From Sphaerodactylus townsendi (lineage: Eukaryota): DNA of 64,000 nt. Numbering within the stretch: the stretch's first letter is position 1; every line of letters starts with the position of its first letter. The notes beneath the pieces were generated by a model that ran no database searches, was not told the DNA's origin, and worked only from the letters and a program-made list of their open reading frames with translations. Positions 11,847-23,764 of this stretch are shown here, in pieces. The position numbers and the translations under genes were made by a program. The stretch is from positions 25,668,001-25,732,000 of the forward strand of contig NC_059436.1 in the NCBI RefSeq assembly GCF_021028975.2, given 5' to 3'.

Positions 11847-14331
11847 ATGGCGCGGCCCTCCCCGCCGCCCGAGGCCGGGCTGCTGCAGGCGAGCGTGGGC
11901 GGCCCGCGGGGCTCGGGGGCGGCGCTGGGGGTGCCGGCGGGGCCGCTGCAGACGCGGCTGGTGGAGAACCAGCCCTACGACGAGAGCCTCGACGTCGCGG
12001 AGCCCGAGGACGTGGCCAGCCTCGACGCCCCCAGCCCCGCCCCCGCCGCCCCCCGCCCGCCCCGAGCCGCAGCAGGGGCCCCGCCCCGCCCGGACACCAG
12101 CGACGACGACGACGACGACGGGGAGGACGGGGAGGACGACGGGGCGGGGGGCGCGGGGGGGCGCCTGAAGCAGGCCGGGGGGGCCCCATCCCGCCCGCCG
12201 CCCGCCGGCCCCGCCGCGCCGGGGAAGAAGGGGGGGGCGGCCCCGCAGCGCCGCTTCAGCGAGAACGAGGTGGAGGACGAGGACGAGGACTCCTCGGAGA
12301 CCGACTCGGAGGACGAGGACGAGGAGCACGGAGCCCCCCTGGAAGGGTGCGTGGCTGCTGGGGGCGGGGGGGGGCGCCCTGCTGCGCCCCCAGGCCCTCC
12401 CGCCCTCCGCCCTCTTCTCCTGGGCGGGCAGCCCGTGGGGCACCAGCTGCCCACCATAGCCCCCCTCCCCCCAGGAGCCCGCCACCTGCCCCTTTGAGCA
12501 CCCTCCACCTTTCCTCAGGGCTTACAACCCAGCGGAATACGACTGCCTGACCGTCTCTCTGGAGGTCAAAGACCTCTTCCAGTACATTCGCAGGTGAGGG
12601 GGGAGGGGGCGGCTGGGGGAGGGGGCCGGGCAGCCCCGGGGCTGAGCTGACGGCCTCTCTGCCTCCCAGGTATTCTCCACAAATGATTGACCTTGAGCAC
12701 AAGCTGAGGCCTTTCATCCCGGACTTCATCCCTGCGGTGGGGGACATTGATGCTTTCTTAAAGGTGAGGGGCTGGTTTGTGGCAAGGGATCCCAGCCAGC
12801 CAGCCAGCCAGCCTGTTTCTCACCAGGGCAGAGACTCCTGTGCCCCCCTCCTGGGGGTGGGGGGGGGAGGTCCCTGTGGCAGAGGAGGAGGGCTTCTCCT
12901 TCTGACTGCTCTGTGCCTGGTCTGCTGCTTCGTGCTTCCGGGGAAGGCCCTCTCAAGCAGAAGAGGCAAGGCCACCACCACCGTCTTGGCTCCTGAGCTG
13001 CCTGTTGCAGGTTCCTCGCCCAGATGGGAAGCCAGACGACCTGGGGCTGTTGGTGCTGGATGAGCCCTCCACGAAGCAGTCGGATCCCACTGTGCTCTCT
13101 CTCTGGCTTACGGAAAATTCCAAGCTGCACAACGTGGCTGTAAGTAGGCAGGCAGGCAGGCAGGCGGTGGAGGCTCTGTGGACCAAGGAGCAGGAGCTGT
13201 TGGGGGAATTCAGCCCGGGGAAATCTGGTTTGCATTCCAGCAGCAGGTAAAAGTGAAGAGCTTGGAGAATGCTGAGAAGAACCCCAGAGCCATCGACAGC
13301 TGGATCGAGAGCATCAGCGAGCTCCATCGCTGCAAGCCTCCAGCCTCTGTCCACTATGCCAGGTGGGCCGGCCGGCCGCCCCCCCCCTCCCCAGCCCTAC
13401 AGGGAGGCCCTTCCTCATTGGGTGCTCCTGTTTAGCGGGCAAAGGGCCTTCCACACTCCTGCTCCACCAGGAAACTTGGCTGGCGGCAGGGCCACCTTAA
13501 CACTGCCCTCCTTTGTCCTTCTTTGTCCCTTGCAGGCCCATGCCTGACATAGATACGCTGATGCAAGAGTGGTCCCCTGAGTTTGAAGAACTGCTTGGGA
13601 AGGTAGGCAGGCCCACTGATGAGAAAAAGTCAACTCCCCTGGTCTTTGATGGGGAGGAAGGTAGGCTGAGGGATGGGTTTCCACAGAGCTGCCTCAGGTG
13701 CCACTGCAGGTAACCAAGTGGCTGCTCCTTCCCTTCATCCTGCTCAGGTGAGCCTTCCGACAGCAGACATCAGTTGCAGCCTTGCCGAATATACAGACAT
13801 GATCTGTGGTGAGTCCCCTCTGGGCCTCCCTGTGTGGAGCTCTCCAGTGGCACAGGGGCAATTCCTGCCTGGTTCTGCTTGGGAGCAGGTGTGGGCTGGC
13901 TGTTGCTGTGCCAGGCAGGGTGACTCCTCTGGCGTGGCGCTTGTTTTCCACAGCAATTCTGGACATTCCTGTCTACAAGAGCCACACGCAGTCCCTACAT
14001 ACGCTGTTCTCCCTTTACTCTGGATTTAAGAACTCTCAGGTACAAAGAACCCCTTGGCTAGAAGGGGGGGGGGAGCGGGGAGAATCAGTTTGGTTGTGGG
14101 GAAGAGGAGGAGCACGGACTCCACGTGCCAGCAGCCTCCTCCCCCAGGGACCTGGTCTGAGTTTGGGCAGAAATCAGGCTCCAGAGTGAAGCTGTGTAAC
14201 GAAAGGGCATTGTGTGGGAATGTTTTACTTTACAGCACTTCGAGGCTTCAGCTGAGGACAAGAAGGCAACCAGCCCTCCTTCCAACACCCCTTCCCAGTC
14301 TGGAGAGACGGATGTCCTGAGTTTCCCCTGA
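11847..14331 (+). CDS. IFT46: Intraflagellar transport protein 46 homolog (IFT-B), about 409 aa
   Basis: Exons (+): 11847(ATG, start uncertain)-12346, 12519-12593, 12670-12763, 13011-13139, 13241-13362, 13536-13602, 13748-13808, 13954-14039, 14236-14331. Total 1230 nt, in frame. Peptides RLVENQPYDESL, HGAPLEG, KLRPFIPDFIPAVGDIDAFLKVPRPDGK, DEPSTKQSDPTVL and PMPDIDTLMQEW match IFT46. Confidence 0.93.
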
Positions 14332-15779
14332 CCCACGCAGAGGAAGCGCCTCCCTAGCTGGCCCGGAAGCCTTCCTGTGGGGCCAGGACTGAACTGGAAT
14401 GCACGAGGGAGCTGCTCCTGGGCACGAACCCCTTCCCCAGCCCCCAGAGGTCCCACACCTCCTCTGGGCCTCCCTTTTGGGCACCAGCACTTCCCTGCAC
14501 TGGCTCTGGGCCAGTTCGGACCCTTGTCAAGGGCTTGGCCTTGAGCCCCCACCCCTCCGCATGACTTATTTCCTTTGTTGTGTGCTGTGCAGGGAGGGGA
14601 CGGGGCCAGTGCTCAGCAACCCAAAAGCCTCAGTTTTTTTGTCCAGTGGCAATATCCGAATGCGTATAAATTCAGTACAACCCAGAACTCCTGTGAGCTG
14701 CTGGTGGTGTGTCAGGGTCTTGCTCTGCGTGGCATTGCGTTCGACAGCACTTCTCTGAGCCTGGCAGGCTCTCGCTCTCGTAGTCTGCCTGAACACAGGC
14801 AGAGGAGGCCTGTTCTCGTTGGGTCACAGGGGGGGAGGCAGCGGAGGGCCCCCGGCAGCAGAGAATCTTTCAGTGTGAGCCTTTTGAGGGCAAGGAAAAG
14901 GCTACACATTGATTATGGATTGTCCTTATGGAGCACAGGAGTTACATGGACATAGTTCATGCCTTTGTTTTATTTATTTAGATTATTTATAGTCCACCTT
15001 TCAGGGGCTCAAGGCAAACTGAGTGCATTCAACAGGACGGGACACTCAAGAAACCACACGCTAGGGTTGCAGATGTCTGGAGCTAGCCAGAAATGAAGCT
15101 CAGCAGAAGTATTAATGTGAGAAACTATGTGATGATGGAAACGTTGCTTACAGTAACCTGTATGCAGCAGTATTGACCACAGTCTTTGATCATTTATCCA
15201 AGCAACTTTGCCAGCCACTGCAGCCCCACTGCCTGTGCACCAAGGCCCTCTTGGAAAGTTCAACTTTGCACAGTCTACGGAAAGCCAGGACAGCAGGAGC
15301 CTTCCGGACCTCATCGAGCAGCCTGTTCCATTAGGTGGGGGTCACAACAGAGAACACCTAAGTACGGACGGTCGTCGACTTTGCCCCCTTGCAGGCCGGC
15401 ATCTGTGGCTGCTCCCCCCGCTGTCCTGTTCTTGGTGGGACTGGCTGCCACTTTCCCCGCCCCAAACACATGCAGGTTGAGTCGAGGCCAAGCAGTGGTG
15501 CGAGAAAGCGTGATCCATGCATAGAAGAAACACGGCTGCCGTGCTGAAGGGAAGACTGACCACCGTGCCTATAGGGCAACGGTCTAGAGGTGCCGCTGGC
15601 TCCTTGGCCCCACAAAGAAGGGAGGGGGTGGGGCTTATTGCTTTGATGGGACAACTTGGGGGGACCAGGCTTGGAATGGGCCTTTCTGATTTCCCTCTCG
15701 GGTGCCAGGCGCAGAGGGGGAGGCGTCCTCAGAGTGTCAACAGGGGTCCTTCTGTGCTTGCTCTGTGCTGGTGCTTCCC

Positions 15780-18595
15780 TCACAGCCAGATCTCTTCGCT
15801 GCTGACGCTCGAGGCTCTGTAGATGTACCCGACCATGGGGAAGCGGCTGAAACCTGCAAGTGCAGAGAAACCCCTTCACGGCCCTTGCCACCAACAGGCT
15901 GCCCATGCTGCAGTGGCCCCTTCCGAAGCAGAGTCCTGGCTTGGAGCCCGGTGGCCCGTCCCTGCTGCCCTCAGCTGCTGCCCAGTCCCCCACGGCAGCC
16001 TCCAAGCAAAGATTTCCTACCCTTGGGGGTCAAAATGGTACATGCTTCCCTCTTCTTCCTGTCACCAGCAGAAGTAAAAACTTCGTAAACCAATCTGCAT
16101 AAAACCCAAGAGGGCTGCAGCTTGTGCAGATTCCCCCCCCCTGCCCCCCCCATGTCCTTTTCCCAACAAAGCTGGCCGGCAGAATGCCCCGTCCCCTGGC
16201 AGAGCCCGAAGCAGCAGGCTGGCCCTGAATGCCGGAGTTCCTTTGCCAACTGCCCGCCACGCCCTCACTCGTTGGGCAGCCGGCTGTGGCATGTCTTGGA
16301 GCGAGGGAGCCAGGCCTTGAGGTTCCAGGGCGAGGGGTGGGGCCCCGTCTTTCTCCTCACTGTTCACGGGCTCCAACTCGGAATGTTCTTTGCATTCATC
16401 AGAAAGTTCCCTCACAAGCCCCTCTCTTCTGGCAGGGAAATATTCCGCAATGAAAGAAGCCCCCTCCCAAGTCTGGCACGCCCACCCAGTCTGTGTGGAG
16501 TAACCAGGTCTGTGCTGGCCACGCACCAGTGCAGTGAACCCAGTGTGGGCCGGGTGTGGTGGCTGGGATGGGGACAGCGTGGCTGGAGCGGCTCCCTGGG
16601 GGGGGGGGCATCCTTTATGGGGAGCTCTCTCTTACCTCTGTCCTCCAAGGCCAGGCTGTCCTCTGGTTCAGAGAGGGCCCCTTCCTTGTCCTCCGCACCA
16701 CTGGCTGTAAGGGGGGGGGGAGAATGCTTAGCTCTTCTGGCAGAACCTCCCCTTGCAGCACCCTCTGAAATCAGGACATTATTCCTGGTGCCCTGCAAGG
16801 CTGGCCGGTGGGGAGGGGGGTGTGCGTGAGGAAACTGGGCCTGGCCCGTACCTTTAGGCTCCGGCGTGAGGTCGTTGAGCTGGAGGTTGATGGGCACGGA
16901 CATATTTGCCCGTGGCAGCCGAGGTCCTTGAGGCATCAGGTGGTTTGAGTCTCTAGGGCAAGAGCAGAAGGCAACTGAGCAGGGGCTGCCCCCGCCCGCC
17001 CACCCAAGCTGTCAAGCCAGGCCTGAGGCCACCTTCCTGAGGGGCCCTCTTGAGGCCTCTGAGGCCACCAGCACCAGGAGTGGGTGGAGCGGTCCGAGTG
17101 CCCTGTTGCCGCCAGGACAGGAGCCTGTGGCTGGGAAGGTTACCTGGCAGGTGACGGCGCTGGCTGGGTGAGTCCTGCAAAGAGAAGGCAGGGACTTGGG
17201 TTAGCCAGAGGGCGTGCCACCTGGCCCCCGCCCCCCTCTGCTGGCTGCACCACCTCCTACCTGCCGCCTTCTTTCCTTTCTGGTATACCAAGTAGCTGAG
17301 GAGTGTGCCCAGGACCCCAAGGACTGCCAGGGCCCCAGCAGCACCCACGACCAGGGCCAGGAGGGGCAGCTCAATGTGGGTGTCCAGGAAGCCTGGGGAG
17401 GACAGAGAGGCCAGTCAGGTCACCCCACCCCCCACCTGGTGCCAGACGTGAGCGCGTTGGAGTGGAAGGGATGAAGCGGGCAGAGAGGAGGACCCCCCCC
17501 CACCAGCTCCAGCCCAGTCTTCTTGCCACGAGAGGAAAGAGGAGCCCCCCCCCCGCTTTGCCGGCTTGCACTCGCGCTGCGGGGGGGGGAGGGGGCCGGG
17601 GCTTCCTAAGGGGCATCGTCTCTCTCCGCCACCCAAAAAGCCAGGGACAGCCAGCCCCGCGGGACGCCTCCCTGCCTTGCTTCTCCCCCGTCGGGTCTGC
17701 GGCCGGGCATCCCCCTGCCCGAGTGCCCCGCCTTCCCTCCGGCCTCGGGGTCTGCTGGGGACCCCCTGAAGGCCGCGGGCCTGGCGGAGAGCGGCTCTGG
17801 CTGCAGCCCTGCCCTGAGCGGCGGGCGGCGGGGCCCTTACCCGGCGGCAGCACGGAGGCGTTGACGACGGCGGCGCCTTCCCGGGAGAAGTTGCGGGCCC
17901 AGGCGCGGAGCTGCAGCTGGACGGCGTGGCGGCGCAGGCCGGGGAAGGTCCGGGCGTCCACCAGCACGAAGCGGGAGGCGTTGACGGCCAGGCGGCCGTC
18001 CGGGGCCAGCCAGGTGAGGTGGGCCGGGGGCCGCGCCTGCACCAGCAGCACCACCAGCAGCATCAGCAGGCCGCCCTCCCGCCCGTCTTCCGAGCCGGCC
18101 GCCGCCTGCTGCGCCACCTCGGGGGCCACTGCGAGGCAAAGAGGAGCGTTGGGCGAGGGCGCCGTCGGCCAGGAGGTTGGGGAGGAAGGAGGGCCCCCCG
18201 CCCCCCGCTCACCGTGCAGGTGGAGGACGACCGTGGCGCTGGACTCGTGGCCGGTGGCCGGGTCGACGGCCGAGCAGTTGAGGCGGCGCTCCGCCACCCC
18301 CCAGGCCCCGCCGCCGGAGCCGCTGCCCTCCTCGCCGTCCAGGTACCAGGCCAGGGTGGGCGCGGCGGCCACGCACGTGAAGGTCTCGGGCCGGCTGCTG
18401 ATGAGCTGGGCCTCGGGCTCCGCCGCGCCTGCACCGGGGGTGGGGGGTGGGGAGGGAGAGCAGAGCCGAGCCGAGCGCCGCTTAGGAGGCGGGCGGCGGG
18501 GGAGGGGGGGCGGCCTGCCTTGCCTGCCGCCCCCTCCCCTACCCACCTGGTCGGAGCAGCGCCGGGAAGAGGAGCAGGAGCACGGGCGGCAGCAT
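15780..18595 (-). CDS. TMEM25: Transmembrane protein 25 (Ig-superfamily type I membrane protein), about 319 aa
   Basis: Exons (-): 18547-18595 (signal peptide MLPPVLLLLFPALLRP), 18213-18428, 17841-18128, 17261-17392 (TM), 17144-17174, 16852-16952, 16636-16704, 15780-15853. Total 960 nt. Motifs FTC..LAWYLDG..LNCS, RLPRANMSVPINLQLNDLTP and C-terminal GYIYRASSVSSEEIWL*. Syntenic position between TTC36 and IFT46. Confidence 0.88.
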
Positions 18596-19200
18596 CACCT
18601 CCACCCGCCGCCGCGCCAGGCGCCTGGCTCGGGCAGGGCCGAAGTCGCCGCCGGCTGCAGGGACGGAGGGAGGCAGGGAGCGGCTGCCGGTGCGCGCGCG
18701 GGAGAGAGACGCAACCGGGCGGGCCGTGGGGCCTGAGCTCCGCCGCGCGCGGCCAGTGCGGCTCTCGGCCGCCTCGCCTGGCCACTGGCAGACCTCCCCC
18801 GAGCGCCCGGACGGGGCTGCAACGGGGCCCTGCGGAGGGGGGGGCATGGGCAACCCACGGCCGCCCAGCACCGCCCGCCCGCCCGCTTGCATCCCCGATG
18901 GCCGGTAGTCGCCTCCCTGGCGGAGAGCGCCCCCTCGGGACAAGGCTTCCGTGGGCGAAGAAACGCCTGCCCGGCCGGGTTGTCTCCTGGCGCACGGCTG
19001 ACAACCACCGTGGCGGGCGAGCCGCCCTGCCGCATCACGACGCCGCTGCCGCTGCAGGGCTCCTCGCTGGGCTGGCCGCGCTGACCGGGAGGGGAGAGCT
19101 GGCGGCGGTGGGGAGGGGGCGGAGGGGCCTCTGCTGGTCGTGCGGGCCCCGTCAGCGCTCCGGTGGGCTCGCATGGGGTGGGGGAGAGCGCGTTCTCTGC
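17800..19200. promoter_or_regulatory. CpG island covering the TMEM25 promoter and first exons
   Basis: Visibly very high GC and CpG density spanning the TMEM25 5' exons and upstream region. Confidence 0.6.
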
Positions 19201-19399
19201 CTCCCACCCCGGAGCAGCAGCAGCAGTGCCAGTCGGGCTACTCCGGACAGACGTGGATGGGGGGGAGGGGTGTGTGTGATGCAATGTGGGGCAGTCTCAT
19301 GTGGGTGGGTTTTATAAAAACACAAGAAGTCCACGCTCTAAAAAACCGGACACAAAAAGGAGGGGTGGCCAGTCTTCCCAGGGAGAGGGGGGGTGTCAA

Positions 19400-19830
19400 G
19401 CAAACACCTGAGTGAAGAGGACAGTCTTTGCCAGAGGCCAGAATGCCAAGCAAATCTATGGAGGGAAGGCCTTCCACAAGGTAGGAGCCGCTGCGGAGAA
19501 GGCCCTCCAGGCTGCTTCTGCCCCCCTCCTTACCTCTGACAGGGGGAGTTCTCGGCCAGCCCAGCGGCCAGCCCCCTATGATCTCAGTGCCCAGGCAGGA
19601 ATATGGTGGCAGACCTGTTCTCTCCGGTGCCCAGGACCATCCAAGCCATTATAGGTTGACACCAGCACTTTGAACGAACCCCATCAGTGGTGCATCAGAA
19701 GGTAGCCCATGTGGCCGACTCACAAGAGTGATCCTGGTGTAACCCACCGGTCAGCAGACGAGCTGCTGTATTCGTGACCTTCTGGACTTCAAAGGCTGCC
19801 CCACACATGGTGTGTTGTAATGCCCATTAC
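19400..19830 (-). mobile_element. Degenerate L2-like LINE fragment
   Basis: ggagggaaggccttccacaaggtaggagccgctgcggagaaggccctcc resembles the antisense of the L2 ORF2 C-terminus (RAFS.AAP.LWN.LP). Boundaries approximate. Confidence 0.5.
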
Positions 19831-20069
19831 CAGAGCATGGATCACTGGGCAAGTCATCCAGGTCCAGGATAAAGTGGAGCGACGTTTGATGGGCCCTCCT
19901 CCTGGTCATTGCTGCCACCTAGTATTTTGGGAGCGGGAGGAGAAGTTCCATGACCGCTTCTTCCACCCCCTGCATCTCCCTCCTCCTGGCTGTTTAAAAC
20001 TGAGCAGCCCCCAACTCTTTAACTGTTCCTGGTAGGAAAGGGGCTGCAACCACTTGAGCAGGACAGATT

Positions 20070-20640
20070 CCCGTCTTCTGAATTTTCCCCAGCTTGCAAT
20101 AGTCTTTCTGAAAGGGCGCGGCCATACCTACAGCAGCAGTCGGTATTCCAGAGGAGGAGACCACGTATGGCACAGATCTGTACAGGGGCAATAGAATCTA
20201 GACTATTTTCGAGCCCTTTCCTAATAATCCCCAGCCATAGAGTTTGCTTTTTCAGCTGCTGTTGCATATTGGGTAGACATTTTTATCAAGCTAAGACAAC
20301 CCCAAGGTCTCTGTCCTTCTCAGTGTCAACTGCTGCTCTGACTCCATCAGTATTTATTTAACATTAGGGTTTTGTGTCTCACTCTGCATCCCCGAAGTGT
20401 TACCAACAGGAGGAAACTTCCTTGGCCGTGAGGCTGCTGCTGCCCACCCTGAGACAACTGAGAAAGATCCTCCTCCTGCAGCTCTGCACAAGTTGGTTTC
20501 CACCATCCTGAATAAGGTGGGCCCCAGGAGCCTCTAGAGCGCAGGGCTGCTCACCCCACAAGCTGTGAGTAAACTACATAGCATCAATCTTTGTGGGACT
20601 CCTGGGCTAACTTTCTTCCATTGAGAAAACTGCCCTGATA
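20070..20640 (-). mobile_element. Degenerate CR1 LINE fragment
   Basis: Minus-strand translation ..LGIIRKGLEN.. and ..FQKD..KLGKIQK matches the CR1 RT C-terminal region and is similar to the younger CR1 at 54550-56835. Confidence 0.55.
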
Positions 20641-20717
20641 TTCCTAGTCTCCCGTGCTCTCGTGGGCCCCAGTAGCCTCTAGAGTGCAGGCCCATTTCTG
20701 TGGCTTCCAGCTTGCCC

Positions 20718-20770
20718 CCTCCTCCTCCTCCTCCTCCTCCTCCTCCTCCTCCTCCTCCTCTTCCCCCTCC

Positions 20771-20806
<36 letters not shown>
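20718..20806. repeat. Compound microsatellite (CCT)14-(ATG)12
   Basis: Directly visible: CCT run 20718-20760, ATG run 20771-20806. Confidence 0.95.
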
Positions 20807-21145
20807 GGGAGGCAGAATTCACAGCCAACCCATCAGCTTCAACTCTTCCCCTTAAACCTATCACTTTTCCCTTGGCAGAGATGTATGGCCTGCCTGCCGG
20901 CCTGCCTGCCCAGAACTGTCCCTGAAAGCTCCAGCACTCCTCCCTGCCTGCAACATCTAGGCAGATGCATCTGGGGTGGGCATCAGAGCTGTGCCAGGGG
21001 GAGAGGGCAAATTGGCCCTGGATAGAGCCGGGCTTTTATGCAGGCAGGGGCAGCTTCTTGTGCAGATAGTGAGAGTTGGTACCCATCTTTCGCCCAGTAG
21101 AGGTTTTGAACTGGAGAAGCTAATCGGCAGCAAAAATAACTTCAT

Positions 21146-21151
21146 TTTAAT
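21146..21151 (-). terminator. Probable TTC36 polyadenylation signal ATTAAA
   Basis: tttaat on +, about 160 nt downstream of the TTC36 stop, followed on - by a T-rich tract. Confidence 0.5.
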
Positions 21152-21308
21152 CACATTTTCCATGCAGGCGAGCGAGCGAGAGCCCAGCCTGGCGAGTGCC
21201 TCCTCCAGCTCGATCTGGCCGTGGGCTGCATCTGCTCAGCTGTGCTGGTGGGATTCATGGCTTTGAGAGGCCTTGTCAGGGAGCTGCTAGCCAAGCCAAG
21301 GGTGGCGC

Positions 21309-22771
21309 TTACACTGTGGCTGCCCCCTCACAGGACTCCTGCCTGGAGCCACCGGGGCCTCGCAGCTGCTTCATTGCTGCCGCCAACATCTGGTTGCAGA
21401 GGGCTGCGTAGGGGTTCATGAGCACCAGCTGCTGATGCGCAAAGTGGCTCCCCAGCCGGGCAGCTTGGGCAAAGTCCTTCCGGGCAGCCTCGTCGTCCCC
21501 CTGGAGCCGCTGAATGAGCCCACGCTGCACAGCCGCCTGGCGTGCCACTCGGCCAGCCCCCTTGCTGAGCTGCAGAGCAGCCTCCAGGTCCTTCAGGGCT
21601 CCTGAGGGGATGGAGAAGAGGAAAGACTGCTGGTTCAGGGGGGAGGGATGGGGAGGAGCCGCCCTCCCCCACCCCAGAACTGTCACACCTTCCCAGGAAG
21701 CACCTCTATTGTTCTGGGCCGCCTTCCACACACAGTTGGGAGCATTCGTCCACAACCACTGATGTTCTCAAGGAGCCCCCGCCCCACTCCCACTGTGGGG
21801 CCAGGGCGCCCCTTCAAGCCTGCTTTGGGGCTTTGCAGCTCAGGGTGGGCTCAGTCAATACGGGAGGCCTTCTCTGAGGGAGGGGCTCCGCTCCACCCTC
21901 CCAACTCTGAGCACCCAGTGGGGGAGGGGGAGGGCCCCTGCCCGGCCTGCTCACCTGCTGCGTCCCCCTTGAGGCGGAGGGCCTGGGCCCGGTTGTTGTA
22001 GGCAGAGGCTCGCTCCGGGAGCAGCTGGATGGCTCGGCCAAATCTTTCCAGGGCCTCGTCCACCTTTCCTGCCTCCGCTGCTGCAATCCCCTGGATCTCC
22101 AGTTTCACGGCTTGTTCCAGCAGCTCTGGGGCGAATGCTGCAGCGGGTGTGAGAGGAGAGCCCTGCCCTCAGAGCCCTGCTGGGCAGCCAGCTGTCTGGC
22201 CCCGACAGGGCCACGGGGTCAGCCAAGCCACCCAGACCCTCCTGGGGAAGAAGGGGCTCCGCACTGGTGCGGCAGCACACCCTGCTCAGGTGTAATGCAA
22301 ACCAACACCCCCTCCCCACCACACTTCCTGGTGCCTGTGCTGCTCACTGCCCTTGTAACTGGAAGCTCAGCTACAGCAATGCAGAACACACCTCTGTGGA
22401 AAGGTGACAGTCAGGGGGCAGGATCCTGCGGCCTTGGAAACAGCCCCCCATCCCCCGCAGCCCTCCGCTCTGCAGCATTTCCAGAGGTAAACCCCTGCAA
22501 GCCCTCGGCTCTGCCCCCAGCTGCCATAGGAATAGCAGGCAGGTGAACTAGCTAAGCCCGGAAATCGGGCAGCTGCAGGGGCAGACTTTGCCCCTTTCAG
22601 ACCCTTGCCCTGGAGAGAGTGACCAGCGTCCACAAGGCCCCTGCCTGGCTCACCTGCCTCTGGAACTGGGGGCGACGGCTCGTCCTCAGGGTCCTCCGCG
22701 CTGGCTACCCCCAGTGGGAGAAGAGGGTGAAAGATGTGTTGCAGAAGGGCCCTGGCCTCGGCTGCCTCCAT
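21309..22771 (-). CDS. TTC36: Tetratricopeptide repeat protein 36 (HBP21), 197 aa, 3 exons
   Basis: Exons (-): 22654-22771, 21955-22137, 21309-21601; GT-AG; total 594 nt. The sequence [65 protein letters not shown] matches TTC36. Confidence 0.93.
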
Positions 22772-23764
22772 GCTGAGCTGCACTCCAGCTTCTGGAGGGC
22801 TTGCTCCTAGGGATGAGGGAGGCGTTAGGGGGCGGCCCCGCAGACAGCCAATGGCAACCAGGGAGGAGAGAGGCCCGGAGGTCATGAGACAGGCGGACGG
22901 GCGGGCGTTGTGCAGAGAGGGAGATCCTGTCCTCGGCTGTGGCCTCTGGAACTCCAGAAGGATGTCATGGAGCTGTGAGAGGGGCTGGCCCCCTTTGCCT
23001 TCTGACATCCTTCAGTTGCAGCTAGCTGCAGTCTCCTCTCCACAACCCTGCGAGGGAGGCGAGGCTGAGTGAGTGTTGGGTGGACCAAGGTCATCTGGGT
23101 CCTTCAAGGAAAGCACCCAGAACTTTTCATTGAAAACAGAACCATTTCAAAGTTCTGCTGAGGATTTCCGGCTTATTAATTGTTGCAAACTCTATGTAGT
23201 TTGTGTTCTTACTATGTTTTACTTAGCAGGTTCTCTGGAGTGGCAGCCCGGAAATGGTCTACAACCAAACCACTCTTTGCCTCTGAAAGGCACGCCAGTC
23301 GCACCCAGTGGAACAGCTCCACGCTGGACTAAGCACCTGCCAAAGAACTTGCTCCAATTCACCTGCCGGCCAGCATTTGCCTTCCTGTTTGGGCCTGTTC
23401 CTGCTTTGCCCATCTGGGGCAAGGAAACCACCTTGGGCCAAGTCAAAGCCAGCCTCCTTGCCACCTGGGCCCCAGGTGCCAGGACTTTGTTCTTGGCTCA
23501 CCCTGTTGTGGGGAAGCCTCCTGGATCTGGAGGGTCTTAGCTGGCCTGGGATGAACGTAATACCCCCCACCCACCCACCCACTTGGGCCCACTGTCCAGA
23601 TGGCAGGCTGTGTCTATGTCAGGGTGGGCCCCTCCAACTGAGCAGAAGCTGGGAGTGAGGAAAACTGCCTTCGGGTGGGTGGGGGGATTTTTCTGGAAAC
23701 GAGAGGCTTGTAAGGAGAGCCAGCAGGCACATATGACAACCCAGGGAACACACAGGAACCGAGA

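Noticed and set aside
11250-12747. Many long overlapping ORFs (290-415 aa) on both strands
   Set aside because: Stop-poor CpG-island sequence; only the IFT46 frame shows recognisable homology.
16268-16430. Exon-like acidic frame in TMEM25 intron 7 (..NSEEKDGAPP.., resembling exon 7 AEDKEGA)
   Set aside because: Its flanking AG and GT give phases 2 and 0, incompatible with the phase-1 neighbours; no support without transcripts.
17303-19317. 477-aa and 463-aa plus-strand ORFs
   Set aside because: Antisense shadows of GC-rich TMEM25 exons and its CpG island; low-complexity R/G/P/A content.
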